Shown here piece by piece: positions 49,636 to 59,488 of a stretch of 64,000 nt of DNA; positions within the stretch are counted from its first letter, which is position 1; each line of letters starts with the position of its first letter. The stretch is taken from positions 15,267-79,266 of the forward strand of contig DAOMGB010000007.1 in the NCBI GenBank assembly GCA_035430095.1, written 5' to 3'. This DNA is from Casimicrobiaceae bacterium (GTDB lineage: Bacteria; Pseudomonadota; Gammaproteobacteria; Burkholderiales; Casimicrobiaceae). Under the pieces are notes generated by a model that worked only from the letters and a program-made list of their open reading frames with translations, ran no database searches and was not told the origin of the DNA. The translations under genes were made by a program, and so were the position numbers.

Positions 49636-51486
49636 CTAGGGCACGCAGGCGGCGTCCGCGGCCGGGCTGAACTTCACGCCGGCGACCCTGCCGTCAGCGA
49701 CGGAAAGGGCCATTTCGAGGACCCCGCGATCGCAATCCATGGTGAAGCTCGCCTTGGAAACTCCATCACCATCGATGGTCTCGCCCAGTTTGCACGAGCC
49801 ATAGACCAGTCGCGTGGATTCCAACGTGGCGGCAAGGTCGCTTCGGCTCACCTTGGGCGCGAGCCTGAGATCGCGGGCGCCCGTGGCAACGGCTTTAGTC
49901 ACTGCTTCGGCGGAGTTCCTCAACTCCGGGGAAGGCGGTCGTCCGGCGACGACCTCGAGAAACTGAACGCGAGGCGGCTGCAATGGCGCGAGGGTCAGCG
50001 CGACGTTCATCCAGCCCTTGTCGCAATCGATCCGGAGTTTTCCGCGCAGCGCATTCTCCGCGTCCAGCTTGCCGGACCTGCAGGCGCCCAGACCTTCCCG
50101 CATCCCGCTGATCGAAGTACGACGGTCGTCCAACGATTGGTCGAGCAGCAGGTTGTCCGCGGCGATGGCACGCAGCTTTTCATCACGCCAATCGATGATC
50201 AGGTCCGACGCGGCGCGCGCCATTTGCACGAGTGCGGCGGAGGGCATCGGCTGGCGCGGCTTCAGGGCGCCGGAGCTCTGCAGCTGCTCCATGGCGCCGC
50301 GGGTCAACTTCCACGCATCGGCATAGGTCAGGTTGGCAAACACCAGGACTCCGACGCCCCGATCGGGGAGCCAGCGCATGTGCGATCCGAATCCCGGCAA
50401 TCCGCCCCCATGTCCGACTTCCCGGCCCCAGCCGCAATCCTTGACCGATCCCAGCCCGTAGCCGTAGCTCGAGCCGCGTCCGGTCAGCGGTCCGCCGGCT
50501 AGCGACCGGCTGACGTTGATTTCGGGCGATCCCAGCCCGGATTGCATTTCGCGCAACGTGCTGCGCAGCACCGGCGCCGATTCCGGTTCGTCACGCGGAG
50601 GGTATGCGGCAAGCAGCATCGCGATGTAACGCGCAAGATCGCGGGACGTGGTCAGCAAGCCGCCCATGGCGGCGCCGGCGCCATCGTCCAGCATCGGCTC
50701 GGCGACCCACGCCTCCTTCTCCCTTCGATAGCCCAGCGCCAGACGATCGGGAGGCACCTTGGACAAGCTCCAGTAGGTCGAGCGCATGCCCAGCGGAAGC
50801 ATGAGTTCCTCGGTAATGTAGGCCTGAAAGGGCCGGCCCGAAACCTGCGTGATCACACGTCCGAGAATCATGAACCCAAGGTTCGAATATTCGAATTCAC
50901 TGCCGGTCGCGGTGGAAAACGGAACTCCCGACTTGAGCCACGCTGCGAACGCATCGTCGGTCATGTCGAGCACGCGATCGCCCTGCGGGTTGTCCTCCGG
51001 CAATCCCGACGTGTGCGCGAGCAGATGCCGGATCGTGATCGGCCCCGAGTCCCTTGTCGGAAGTTGCCAGCCGGCCAGCTCGGGGACGTGGCGCGAAACG
51101 GGATCGTCCAGTCGCAACTTGCCGGCGTCGCGCAACTTGAGGATCGCCATGGCCGTAAAGCTCTTCGTCATCGAGGCGATGCGAAACACCGTATCGGCGT
51201 CGACCGGAGCGCCGGTGCCGACATCGCGCACGCCCAGACCCTTCGCCGACACCACCTCGTCGTCGATGACGACCGCGTAGGCCAATCCGGGAGCATCCAG
51301 CTCCTTCATGCCATCGGACATGAGCACGTCGATGGCAGGCAGAACCCGGAGGAGGCTTTTCTTGCGCTCGGGATCCGTGAAACGGGACGGCGGTACATCC
51401 GGTACCGCGCCCGACGGCGGCGCGGCGGCAAGCAAGGTTATGGCGGACAGGCCGACCAGCATCGCACGCCTCGAGGCGGAATGCAT
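49636..51486 (-). CDS. Serine hydrolase, beta-lactamase/PBP family, with C-terminal extension
   Basis: SMTK (SxxK), LLAHTSGL, YSN and GHGG motifs; N-terminal SRRAML Tat-like signal. Confidence 0.88.
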   Translation of the reverse strand: MHSASRRAMLVGLSAITLLAAAPPSGAVPDVPPSRFTDPERKKSLLRVLPAIDVLMSDGMKELDAPGLAYAVVIDDEVVSAKGLGVRDVGTGAPVDADTVFRIASMTKSFTAMAILKLRDAGKLRLDDPVSRHVPELAGWQLPTRDSGPITIRHLLAHTSGLPEDNPQGDRVLDMTDDAFAAWLKSGVPFSTATGSEFEYSNLGFMILGRVITQVSGRPFQAYITEELMLPLGMRSTYWSLSKVPPDRLALGYRREKEAWVAEPMLDDGAGAAMGGLLTTSRDLARYIAMLLAAYPPRDEPESAPVLRSTLREMQSGLGSPEINVSRSLAGGPLTGRGSSYGYGLGSVKDCGWGREVGHGGGLPGFGSHMRWLPDRGVGVLVFANLTYADAWKLTRGAMEQLQSSGALKPRQPMPSAALVQMARAASDLIIDWRDEKLRAIAADNLLLDQSLDDRRTSISGMREGLGACRSGKLDAENALRGKLRIDCDKGWMNVALTLAPLQPPRVQFLEVVAGRPPSPELRNSAEAVTKAVATGARDLRLAPKVSRSDLAATLESTRLVYGSCKLGETIDGDGVSKASFTMDCDRGVLEMALSVADGRVAGVKFSPAADAACVP

Positions 51487-51501
51487 GGAGTCGGGGCGCG
51501 G

Positions 51502-53478
51502 TCAGCCGTTGGCGGCCATCGGCAGCGCGTCGGGCTGCAGCACGATGGCGTCGACGCTCGCGATCTCCTGCATGAGTCCCTTGACCTGCAGCGCGATCGC
51601 CGCCTCCTGCTGCTCGAGTTCGGCGATGCGTTCCTCGAGTTCGCCGCTGGCGTGATGGATGCGCTTGATGCTCTCCAGCCGGCGGCGCAACTGCAGGTGG
51701 TGTTCGCGGACCTGCGTCTCCAGCGGCGACATCACCGCCTTGAGCCACGCCTCGACGTCGCGGTTGGCGACGTCGTAGACGTGCTTGACCCGCGACGCGA
51801 TGGTCTCGAAGAATCGCTTCATCAGCGCGAACTTGGCCTTGCTGACCATGTTCCAGAGCGTGTTGAAGTGCGTGTTGTAGGCACGTTCGAGCCGCTCGAC
51901 TTCCTTCTGGTACTTGAGCACCGAGAACGGCGGCGGATTGAACGGCTCCAGGCTGTGCTCCTTGGCGAAGCGCGTGTACATGGCGCGCATCATGTCGTGG
52001 ATCTCGCCGGCCTGGCGGGCGGCGGCATCGAGGTCGTCGCGGATGCCCGCGAAGAACTGGTTCATCGCGCCGCGCACGCCTTTCGTGAACGGGCTGTCCT
52101 CGATGCTGCGGCGCGTACGGGCGGCATTGGCGCGCAGCGCCTCGAGCCCGATGTGGTCGAAGAGCTCGTTGGTCTGCTGCGTGAACACGTTGCGCAGCGC
52201 GGTGTAGCGGGCGAGTCCGCGCTCGAACAGCTCCTTTTCCTGGCGCACGCGCTCCATCATGTGCCCGACGACGTCCTGGTTCTTGCCACGCAGCGCCGTC
52301 AGTTCGGCAAGCTGCTCGGCAATGCCGGCGACGCGCGCGTCGAGGATCGCACGCACGCCCGCGGCCAGCGCGCGCAGTTCTCCCTGCGTGGCCGCTCCGA
52401 CGATCTCGCGCTTGGCGGGGATGAGTTTCTGCGACAGCGATTGCTCGAGGGCCGGAAGCCGGCTGCGCGCCAGCAGCGCGTCGTCGCCGTTCACCTTGGC
52501 GACCAGCGCCTTCTGCGCCGACGCGGCGAATACCTGCGACGCCGGGATACCCAGCATCTGCGCGGTGCTGCGCATCTGCCGGCCGATTTCCGCGTTGATC
52601 TCGCCGTCGGACTTCAGGTCGTCCCAGAGCCCGTCGATCTTGTTCAATATGACGAGGCGGCCGGCCCTGACCGCCGGATCGTCACCCGACAAATGCTGGT
52701 TCCAGACTTCGAGGTCGGTCTTGGTGACGCCGGCGTCGGCCGCCAGGATGAACAGCACCGCGTGGGCGTTGGGGAGAAGGTTGAGCGTGAGCTCGGGTTC
52801 GGTCCCGATCGCGTTTAATCCCGGCGTGTCGAGGATGACAAGTCCCTGCTGCAGCAACGGATGCGGGAAATTGATCACCGCGTGGCGCCAGCACGGGATG
52901 TCGACGGTGCTCTCGTCGTTGTCCTCGAGCGCCGCCAGCATGTCCTCTTCGCCGTCTCCGAAGAGCCCGTACTTGCGGGCGAGGTCCACCGGCACGCGCT
53001 TGACCTGCGATACGCGGCCCAGCATCTCGCCCATCTTTTCGGCGTTGCCCAGGTCCAGCGGAAACGTGACCCACTCGTCGGCGTAGTTCTTGAATTCCGA
53101 TACGGTGGCGTCCTTCAGGCGCGTTTCGATCGGAAGCAGCCGGATCGACGGCGGCCTCGTCGCGTCGTACAGGAGTTCGGTCGGGCACATCGTCGTCCGG
53201 CCCGCCGACGACGGCAGGAGCCGCTGCCCAAAATCCGCAAAAAATATGGCGTTGATGAGCTCGGACTTGCCGCGGGAAAATTCGGCGACGAAGGCCACGA
53301 TCAGCTTGTCCTGATGCAGGCGCTCCAGCAGCTGCTGGACCTTGAGGTCGACCTGCGCGTCGGCGAGGTCCTGCTGCTGCAGCCAGTCGTGCAGGCCCGA
53401 AATGCGTCCGGACAGCCGGCGGCGCCAGTCGGTATAGGCTTCGAATCGCGCGGCGAGATCGCGGGAAGAGGGGACCAT
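51502..53478 (-). CDS. Bacterial dynamin-like GTPase
   Basis: AEFSRGKS (G1), GRTT (G2), DTPG (G3), NKID (G4), long helical C-terminus. Confidence 0.88.
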   Translation of the reverse strand: MVPSSRDLAARFEAYTDWRRRLSGRISGLHDWLQQQDLADAQVDLKVQQLLERLHQDKLIVAFVAEFSRGKSELINAIFFADFGQRLLPSSAGRTTMCPTELLYDATRPPSIRLLPIETRLKDATVSEFKNYADEWVTFPLDLGNAEKMGEMLGRVSQVKRVPVDLARKYGLFGDGEEDMLAALEDNDESTVDIPCWRHAVINFPHPLLQQGLVILDTPGLNAIGTEPELTLNLLPNAHAVLFILAADAGVTKTDLEVWNQHLSGDDPAVRAGRLVILNKIDGLWDDLKSDGEINAEIGRQMRSTAQMLGIPASQVFAASAQKALVAKVNGDDALLARSRLPALEQSLSQKLIPAKREIVGAATQGELRALAAGVRAILDARVAGIAEQLAELTALRGKNQDVVGHMMERVRQEKELFERGLARYTALRNVFTQQTNELFDHIGLEALRANAARTRRSIEDSPFTKGVRGAMNQFFAGIRDDLDAAARQAGEIHDMMRAMYTRFAKEHSLEPFNPPPFSVLKYQKEVERLERAYNTHFNTLWNMVSKAKFALMKRFFETIASRVKHVYDVANRDVEAWLKAVMSPLETQVREHHLQLRRRLESIKRIHHASGELEERIAELEQQEAAIALQVKGLMQEIASVDAIVLQPDALPMAANG

Positions 53479-53712
53479 GGTTGGCGGATGGGTCAATGGA
53501 GCCGGGTTTAAGTCTCAAGCATCGGGTTGTAAAGCACAAGGCATGCCGAACTGCGAATGTGACCGTGACCGGCGTCGGCGAGGATGCTGCCCGGCGGCGG
53601 GCGCTCGTCGAAACGGCGACGCGCCGGTCCGCTAACTCGGTAGGCGGGGGCTTCATCGGATGCCCAAACGCGTCCTCCGGTGACCGGCCCCGTCACCGTC
53701 CTGATGGGGATG

Positions 53713-54528
53713 TCACCTTTGACATTGTGGACAATAGAACGACGCGCGTGCGCCGAGCCGGCGATGCCGGATGGCGGTGCCGCAGGTCCGGCAGGGCTCG
53801 CCTTCGCGACCGTAGGCGAAGTAGTCGAGCTGAAAGTAGCCGGGCTCGCCGTCCGCGTTGACGTAATCCCTCAACGTGCTGCCGCCCTTGTCAATCGCCT
53901 CCTGCAATACCAGGCGGACTTCGGCCACCAGTCGTTCGAGCCGGGCCCGCGATACCTTGTTTGCGGGGGTGGTCGGGCGGATCCCAGCCCGAAAAAGAGA
54001 CTCATTCGCGTAAATATTACCCACACCAACAACAAGGTGATTGTCCATCAGCGCCAGCTTGATGGCGACCGTCCGGTTGCGGGTCGCGCGCCAAAAGTAG
54101 TCCGCATCGAAGGCGGGATCGAACGGTTCCGGCCCGAGGTCGCGCAGCAAGGGATGAGAGAGGGCCGGATCCGGGGCCCAGAGGATGGCGCCGAAACGCC
54201 TCGGGTCGTGATAGCGAAGCCTCGACCCGTCGTCGAACACGATATCGACGTGGTCATGCGTGCGGCGCGCCGGGGCATGCGCATACGCTCGGAGGCTTCC
54301 GGTCATCCCGAGATGGACCAGCAGCGTCCCTTTGACTACGCGGAACAGCAGGTACTTGCTGCGCCGAGTCACTTCGACAACGACCCGGCCTTTCAGCTTG
54401 GTCGCAAGGTTTGCGGGAACCGGCCAGCGCAGACGGGGGTCGTACACATGGAGGTTGGCGATCCTGCGTCCGACGGCGCATGCCGCCACGCTGCGGCGGG
54501 TGGTCTCGACTTCGGGCAGTTCGGGCAT
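53713..54528 (-). CDS. mutM: Formamidopyrimidine-DNA glycosylase
   Basis: MPELPEVE, HLGMTG, DPRRFG, GVGNIY and C-terminal Zn finger. Confidence 0.98.
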   Translation of the reverse strand: MPELPEVETTRRSVAACAVGRRIANLHVYDPRLRWPVPANLATKLKGRVVVEVTRRSKYLLFRVVKGTLLVHLGMTGSLRAYAHAPARRTHDHVDIVFDDGSRLRYHDPRRFGAILWAPDPALSHPLLRDLGPEPFDPAFDADYFWRATRNRTVAIKLALMDNHLVVGVGNIYANESLFRAGIRPTTPANKVSRARLERLVAEVRLVLQEAIDKGGSTLRDYVNADGEPGYFQLDYFAYGREGEPCRTCGTAIRHRRLGARASFYCPQCQR

Positions 54529-54650
54529 CGCGGTGGCGTTTGCACGCTTTTCTTCAGGGCGGCCGGGAGTTTGTTGCGCCGCCAAATATAGCCTAACATC
54601 GACCGGACGTTGGCCCGACGAGGCCGGTCCCTGGTACTTCGCGAGTCCGT

Positions 54651-56456
54651 ATGGCGCTCATCCGCATGCCGCTTTGCCGTTCCCCGTTTCCGCTCCGCGC
54701 ACCGCTCGTGGCGGTGGCGATTGCCGGAAGCGCGCTCCTTTCGCCGTTGCCGGGCGTGGCGCAGCAACCTCAACCGGAAAGCAAGGCGCGCCCGGTGGAA
54801 AAACGTTCGCCGCCCGCGACCGACGGCATTTCGGCAGAATTTTTCTACAAGTTCATGCTGGCCGAAGTGGCGATGCAGCGTGGCGAATTGCCGCTCGCGG
54901 CGCGCGCCTATTACGAAGTCGCGCGTGAAGCCGGGGATCCCCGCCTGGCGCGTCGCGCCACCGAAATCGCATTGGCCTCCCGCCAACGCGCGCTTGCCGT
55001 GGAGTCGGCCACGCTCTGGTCGACGCTCGAGCCCGACGCCGCGCGACCGAAGCAGGTCATCGCATCCATCGGCAGCGGCGCGCAGGGCAAGGACCTTGCC
55101 GAAAACCCGGTCGACGACGAATTGCGCGCCCGCCTCGAAAAGCTGCTGAACGATGCCGCGGTATCCGGCCAGGGCGTCGGCGAGATCTTCCTGCAGATCA
55201 ACCGCTTCCTTGCAGAGAATTCCGAACGCAAGCAGGCGTACGACCTGGTTCGCTCCCTCGCCAGGCAATATCCCGCCAGTCCCGAGGCGCATTTCGCCGT
55301 CGCGTATGCGGCTTACTTCGCCGAGATCCCCGCCAGCCAGGGTCCCGACACGGCCTTGGTCGAGATCGACCGTGCATTGGAATTGAAACCGGGCTGGGAA
55401 CGCGCGGCGCTGCTCAAGGCCGATATCCTGGCGCGCGGTTCCGGGGCTTCCGCGATTTCCTACCTCGAGCAATACACTGCCGCCAATCCGGACGCCAAAT
55501 CCGCCGCGGGCGCGCTGGCGCAGGTCTACGTCGAGCAAAAGCGGTATGCCGATGCCCGAGCCGTTTTCCAGAGGCTCTGGGATGCCGATCGCAATGCCCG
55601 TGAGTTCGAGTTCGGCATTGCCGCGATCTCGATGCAGATGAAGGACTGGACCACGGCCGAGGCGCTGTTCAACGACCTCAAGAAGGCGGGTTACGGCGAG
55701 AACGGCGTCGTCGAGTTCTACCTGGCGCAGGTCTCCGACGAGACAGGGCGTTACCAGGAAGCCATCGACCGCTATCTGGCAGTGCCGGACGGCGAGCGCG
55801 CGTGGCTCTCCAAGCTCCGCGTCGCCGCGCTGATGGCCAAGCAGAATAAGGTTCCCGAGGCGCGCCGTTATCTCGCCGGCCTTCCCGCCGTGACGATCGA
55901 CCAGAAGGTGCAGGTGCGCCAGGCCGAGGCCGCGCTGCTGCGCGATGCCAACGACAATGCCGCGGCCTATGCCGTGCTGAACCAAGCGCTGGTCGAGCAT
56001 CCGGATGCCACGGACCTGCTCTACGACGCCGCGATGGTCGCGGAAAAGATGGACAAGATCGACGATGCGGAGGCGAAGCTTCGTCGCGTTGTCGAATTGA
56101 AGCCGGAAGACGCGCAGGCGTTGAACGCGCTCGGCTACACACTCGTCGACCGCACGCCGCGCACGAGCGAGGGCTTTGCCCTGATCGAGAGGGCCTACAA
56201 GATCGCGCCGGACGACCCGTTCATCCTCGACAGCATGGGCTGGGCGTACTACCGGCTGGGAAAGCTCGACGACGCGGAGACCTACCTCCGCCGTGCGATG
56301 ACGCAGCGTCCCGACGCCGAGATCGCCGCGCACCTGGGCGAAGTGCTGTGGAAGAAGGGCGACCCGGTGCGCGCGCAGGAAGTCTGGCAGTCGCAGCTGC
56401 AGAGCACGCCGGACAACCAGGTGCTGCTGGAAACGGTGCGCCGCTATTCGAAGTGA
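54651..56456 (+). CDS. Periplasmic TPR protein (lolB-associated)
   Basis: Signal peptide, TPRs, ALNALGY, DSMGW and EIAAHLGEVLW motifs; conserved mutM/TPR/lolB synteny. Confidence 0.9.
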   Translation: MALIRMPLCRSPFPLRAPLVAVAIAGSALLSPLPGVAQQPQPESKARPVEKRSPPATDGISAEFFYKFMLAEVAMQRGELPLAARAYYEVAREAGDPRLARRATEIALASRQRALAVESATLWSTLEPDAARPKQVIASIGSGAQGKDLAENPVDDELRARLEKLLNDAAVSGQGVGEIFLQINRFLAENSERKQAYDLVRSLARQYPASPEAHFAVAYAAYFAEIPASQGPDTALVEIDRALELKPGWERAALLKADILARGSGASAISYLEQYTAANPDAKSAAGALAQVYVEQKRYADARAVFQRLWDADRNAREFEFGIAAISMQMKDWTTAEALFNDLKKAGYGENGVVEFYLAQVSDETGRYQEAIDRYLAVPDGERAWLSKLRVAALMAKQNKVPEARRYLAGLPAVTIDQKVQVRQAEAALLRDANDNAAAYAVLNQALVEHPDATDLLYDAAMVAEKMDKIDDAEAKLRRVVELKPEDAQALNALGYTLVDRTPRTSEGFALIERAYKIAPDDPFILDSMGWAYYRLGKLDDAETYLRRAMTQRPDAEIAAHLGEVLWKKGDPVRAQEVWQSQLQSTPDNQVLLETVRRYSK

Positions 56457-56478
56457 TTCGCCGGTCCGGCGCGTCGGC

Positions 56479-57135
56479 ATGTGCGGCGCGGCGGGCTCGG
56501 GCCCGCGGTTGAGCGCCGTTGCGTGCGCCCGTCCTGCGGATGCCGTCGAGGGCGTGGTCCGCGTCGCGCTCGCTTGCGCACTGGGGATCATGCTGGCGGC
56601 TTGCACGTCGACGCCCGTCGTGCGTGGCGAAGCCCCCGTCGCTGCCGACCAGTCGTTCAACGTGGGCGGGCGACTGTCGGCGAAGAGGGGCACCAGCGGT
56701 GCCGCAGCCGTCTTCGACTGGGACCACGCGCCGAGCCGCGACCGCATCGACCTGTCGTCCCCGTTCGGCCAGGTGTACGCGCGCATCGACGGCGCGTCCG
56801 ACCGCGTGATCGTCGAGCGCGCCGATGGCACGAAGGAAGCGTTTCGCGACTGGCGTGCGATGACCGATGCGCTGCTCGGCGCGCCCGTTCCGATGGACGA
56901 CCTGGCGTACTGGATCCGAGGCGTGGCGCGTGCGGGTGCCCAGTCGTCGGCGGAGCGAGATTCGTCGGGACGCGTGGTGGTGCTGCGGCAGCAGGCCTGG
57001 GAAATCGTCTATGCCTATCCCGACGACGCGCCCTCCGCGCGGCCCTCGCGCCTCGTGCTCAAGTACCCCGATGTCGAGCCGGTCGAAGTGCGCGTGGTCG
57101 TCGATCGGTGGAATGACGCGCAAGCCATCCGTTGA
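56479..57135 (+). CDS. lolB: Outer-membrane lipoprotein receptor LolB (true start probably later)
   Basis: Lipobox LAAC, GRL, FDW, SPFGQ, L-x-YW-x-RG and QQAWEIVY motifs; precedes ispE. Confidence 0.85.
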   Translation: MCGAAGSGPRLSAVACARPADAVEGVVRVALACALGIMLAACTSTPVVRGEAPVAADQSFNVGGRLSAKRGTSGAAAVFDWDHAPSRDRIDLSSPFGQVYARIDGASDRVIVERADGTKEAFRDWRAMTDALLGAPVPMDDLAYWIRGVARAGAQSSAERDSSGRVVVLRQQAWEIVYAYPDDAPSARPSRLVLKYPDVEPVEVRVVVDRWNDAQAIR

Positions 57136-57156
57136 TTGCGGCACAATCCGCCGGTG

Positions 57157-57981
57157 ATGACCACGCTGACCGTTCCCGCGCCGGCCAAGTTGAATCTGTT
57201 CCTGCACGTCACCGGACGGCGTGCCGACGGCTACCACACGCTCGAATCGCTGATGGTGCTGATCGACCTGGCTGATACCCTGACGCTCACGCGGCGCGAG
57301 GACGGCGTCGTTCGTCGCGTGCGCGATGTGGCGGGTGTGCCCGAGAACGACGACCTGGCGGTCCGGGCGGCGCGGGCACTGCAGGCCGCCACCGGATCGC
57401 GCCTAGGCGTGGACCTGATCCTCGACAAGCGCATCCCGTTGGGAAGCGGGCTGGGGGGCGGCAGTTCCGATGCGGCCAGCGTGCTGCTCGCATTGAATCG
57501 CCTCTGGGATTTGCGCAGGCCGCGCGCCGAACTGCTTGAACTCGCTGCCCGCTTGGGCGCGGACGTCCCGCTGTTCGTCCTCGGTGAAAACGCGATGGCT
57601 CGCGGCATCGGCGAAAGGCTGCGGCCGGTCTCGCTGCCGCCGTATTTCGTGGCGCTCGCGTTTCCGCCGGTTGCCGTGCCGACGGCTGCCGTCTTCAGTG
57701 CCCCGGAATTGACACGGGACACTGCTCGGGCGAAAATGGACGTCTTTTCCGAGGGTTATGGTCGAAATGATCTCGCGGACGTCACGGCATCCCGATATCC
57801 GGCCGTGGCCGCTGCGATCAAGGCACTGCCGCAGGCGCGCATGACCGGGTCGGGGGCTTGCGTGTTCGCGGCCTTTGCCGCCGAGCGTGACGCGCAACAG
57901 GCGTTGACATTGCTGCCGCGCTCGATCGGCGGATGCGTTGCCCGAACGCTCGCTCGCCATCCGCTGGCGGCGTTTGCATGA
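57157..57981 (+). CDS. ispE: 4-diphosphocytidyl-2-C-methyl-D-erythritol kinase
   Basis: APAKLNLFL, DGYH, IPLGSGLGGGSSDAA, LGADVP and MTGSG motifs. Confidence 0.97.
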   Translation: MTTLTVPAPAKLNLFLHVTGRRADGYHTLESLMVLIDLADTLTLTRREDGVVRRVRDVAGVPENDDLAVRAARALQAATGSRLGVDLILDKRIPLGSGLGGGSSDAASVLLALNRLWDLRRPRAELLELAARLGADVPLFVLGENAMARGIGERLRPVSLPPYFVALAFPPVAVPTAAVFSAPELTRDTARAKMDVFSEGYGRNDLADVTASRYPAVAAAIKALPQARMTGSGACVFAAFAAERDAQQALTLLPRSIGGCVARTLARHPLAAFA

Positions 57982-58069
57982 TTGTCGTCGCGGCAGGCAG
58001 ACCATTCGAGCGGGCAGGGCGGCATCGCGACCTCGGGTTCGCGCCGTTCCGGACGATTCAGGTTTCCGC

Positions 58070-58144
58070 TGGGGAGTCGCCAAGTGGTAAGGCACCGGAT
58101 TTTGATTCCGGCATTCGTAGGTTCGATCCCTACCTCCCCAGCCA
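58070..58144 (+). tRNA. tRNA-Gln (TTG)
   Basis: TGGGGAG/CTCCCCA acceptor stem, anticodon arm CCGGA-TT-TTG-AT-TCCGG, GGTTCGATCC, encoded CCA. Confidence 0.97.
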
Positions 58145-58283
58145 TATCCATGACAGGCAGCATCCTCGAGCGAGGGTCCTGCCTGTTTCGCTTTCCGGCC
58201 CCGGTTCACTGCGCAGGTCGGGCGCAAGATCAGCGCGAAACGAGTGCGAATTGACATGGCGAAAATAAGGGACAATTAGAGCC

Positions 58284-59234
58284 ATGGCCTTTGAACGCAT
58301 GCGCATCTTCACCGGCAACGCCAACCCCAAACTGGCGGCGGCCGTGTGCAAGCACCTGAACGTGAGCCTCGGGCGCTGCGCGGTCGGCCGTTTTTCCGAC
58401 GGCGAAGTCATGGTCGAGCTCCTGGAAAACGTGCGCGGCCGCGACGTGTTCATCCTGCAGTCCACCTGCGCGCCCACGAACGACAACCTGATGGAAATCA
58501 TGGTGATGGTCGACGCGCTGAAGCGCGCGTCGGCGGCGCGCATCACGGCGGCCATCCCCTATTTCGGGTATGCGCGGCAGGATAGGCGGCCGCGTTCGGC
58601 GCGCGTCGCGATCACCGCCAAGGTGGTGGCCGACATGCTCACCACCGTGGGCGTCAATCGCGTCATGGTGATGGACCTGCACGCCGACCAGATCCAGGGC
58701 TTCTTCAACATCCCGGTCGACAACATCTACGCGACGCCGATCCTGCTGGGCGACCTGTGGAAGCAGGACTACGAGGACCTCATCGTCGTGTCGCCCGACG
58801 TGGGCGGCGTGGTGCGCGCGCGGGCAATCGCGAAGCGCCTCGACTCCGACCTCGCCATCATCGACAAGCGGCGGCCGAAGGCCAACGTGTCCGAGGTGAT
58901 GAACATCATCGGCGATGTCGAGGGCCGTTGCTGCGTCATCATGGATGACCTGGCCGACACCGCGAACACGCTGTGCAAGGCGGCGTCCGCGCTCAAGGAA
59001 CGCGGCGCGCGCAAGGTCGTCGCGTATTGCACGCACCCGGTGTTGTCCGGCGGCGCGGTCGAGCGCATCGCGACGTCCGACCTGGACGAAGTCGTGGTCA
59101 CCGACACGATACCGCTGACGGAGGAGGCGGAGCTCTGTCCGCGCATCCGCCAGCTTTCCTGCGCCCAGCTCCTCGCCGAGACGATGACCCGGATTTCCAA
59201 CGAGGAATCGGTCAGTTCGCTGTTCACCGACTGA
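58284..59234 (+). CDS. prs: Ribose-phosphate pyrophosphokinase
   Basis: [19 protein letters not shown] and VSPDVGG motifs. Confidence 0.98.
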   Translation: MAFERMRIFTGNANPKLAAAVCKHLNVSLGRCAVGRFSDGEVMVELLENVRGRDVFILQSTCAPTNDNLMEIMVMVDALKRASAARITAAIPYFGYARQDRRPRSARVAITAKVVADMLTTVGVNRVMVMDLHADQIQGFFNIPVDNIYATPILLGDLWKQDYEDLIVVSPDVGGVVRARAIAKRLDSDLAIIDKRRPKANVSEVMNIIGDVEGRCCVIMDDLADTANTLCKAASALKERGARKVVAYCTHPVLSGGAVERIATSDLDEVVVTDTIPLTEEAELCPRIRQLSCAQLLAETMTRISNEESVSSLFTD

Positions 59235-59262
59235 CCCTCCGGGCCGGGGCTGGACAGCCCCA

Positions 59263-59292
59263 TTGGCAATACGGCTGAAATCGGGTTATAAT
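59263..59292 (+). promoter_or_regulatory. Putative sigma-70 promoter for rplY
   Basis: TTGGCA-N18-TATAAT in a GC-rich background. Confidence 0.6.
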
Positions 59293-59488
59293 TCAAGGCT
59301 TTCCTGCCGCCTGGCCGACGAGATCCTCGACGCCATGGCGCGGCGGGATCATCGGGTGCCCGCTGGGCATCGCCTGAGTGTCGCCAACCAGAGTCGACAA
59401 CGACTCGACTTAACGCGGACGACCGGGCGCGCTTCCTTCTCGAAACGGGGGAGTGCAAACGGAAGGCCGCAGACAACCGGAGCAGTCC

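Noticed and set aside
49636..51486. Antibiotic-resistance beta-lactamase
   Set aside because: The motifs fit the broad serine hydrolase family (HGG rather than KTG); resistance cannot be inferred.
53726..53734. DnaA-like box TGTGGACAA
   Set aside because: Isolated, and explained by the Cys-Pro-Gln codons of the MutM zinc finger.
58070..58283. tRNA-Gln as an integration site
   Set aside because: No integrase or duplicated tRNA 3' end; ispE-tRNA-prs synteny is intact.
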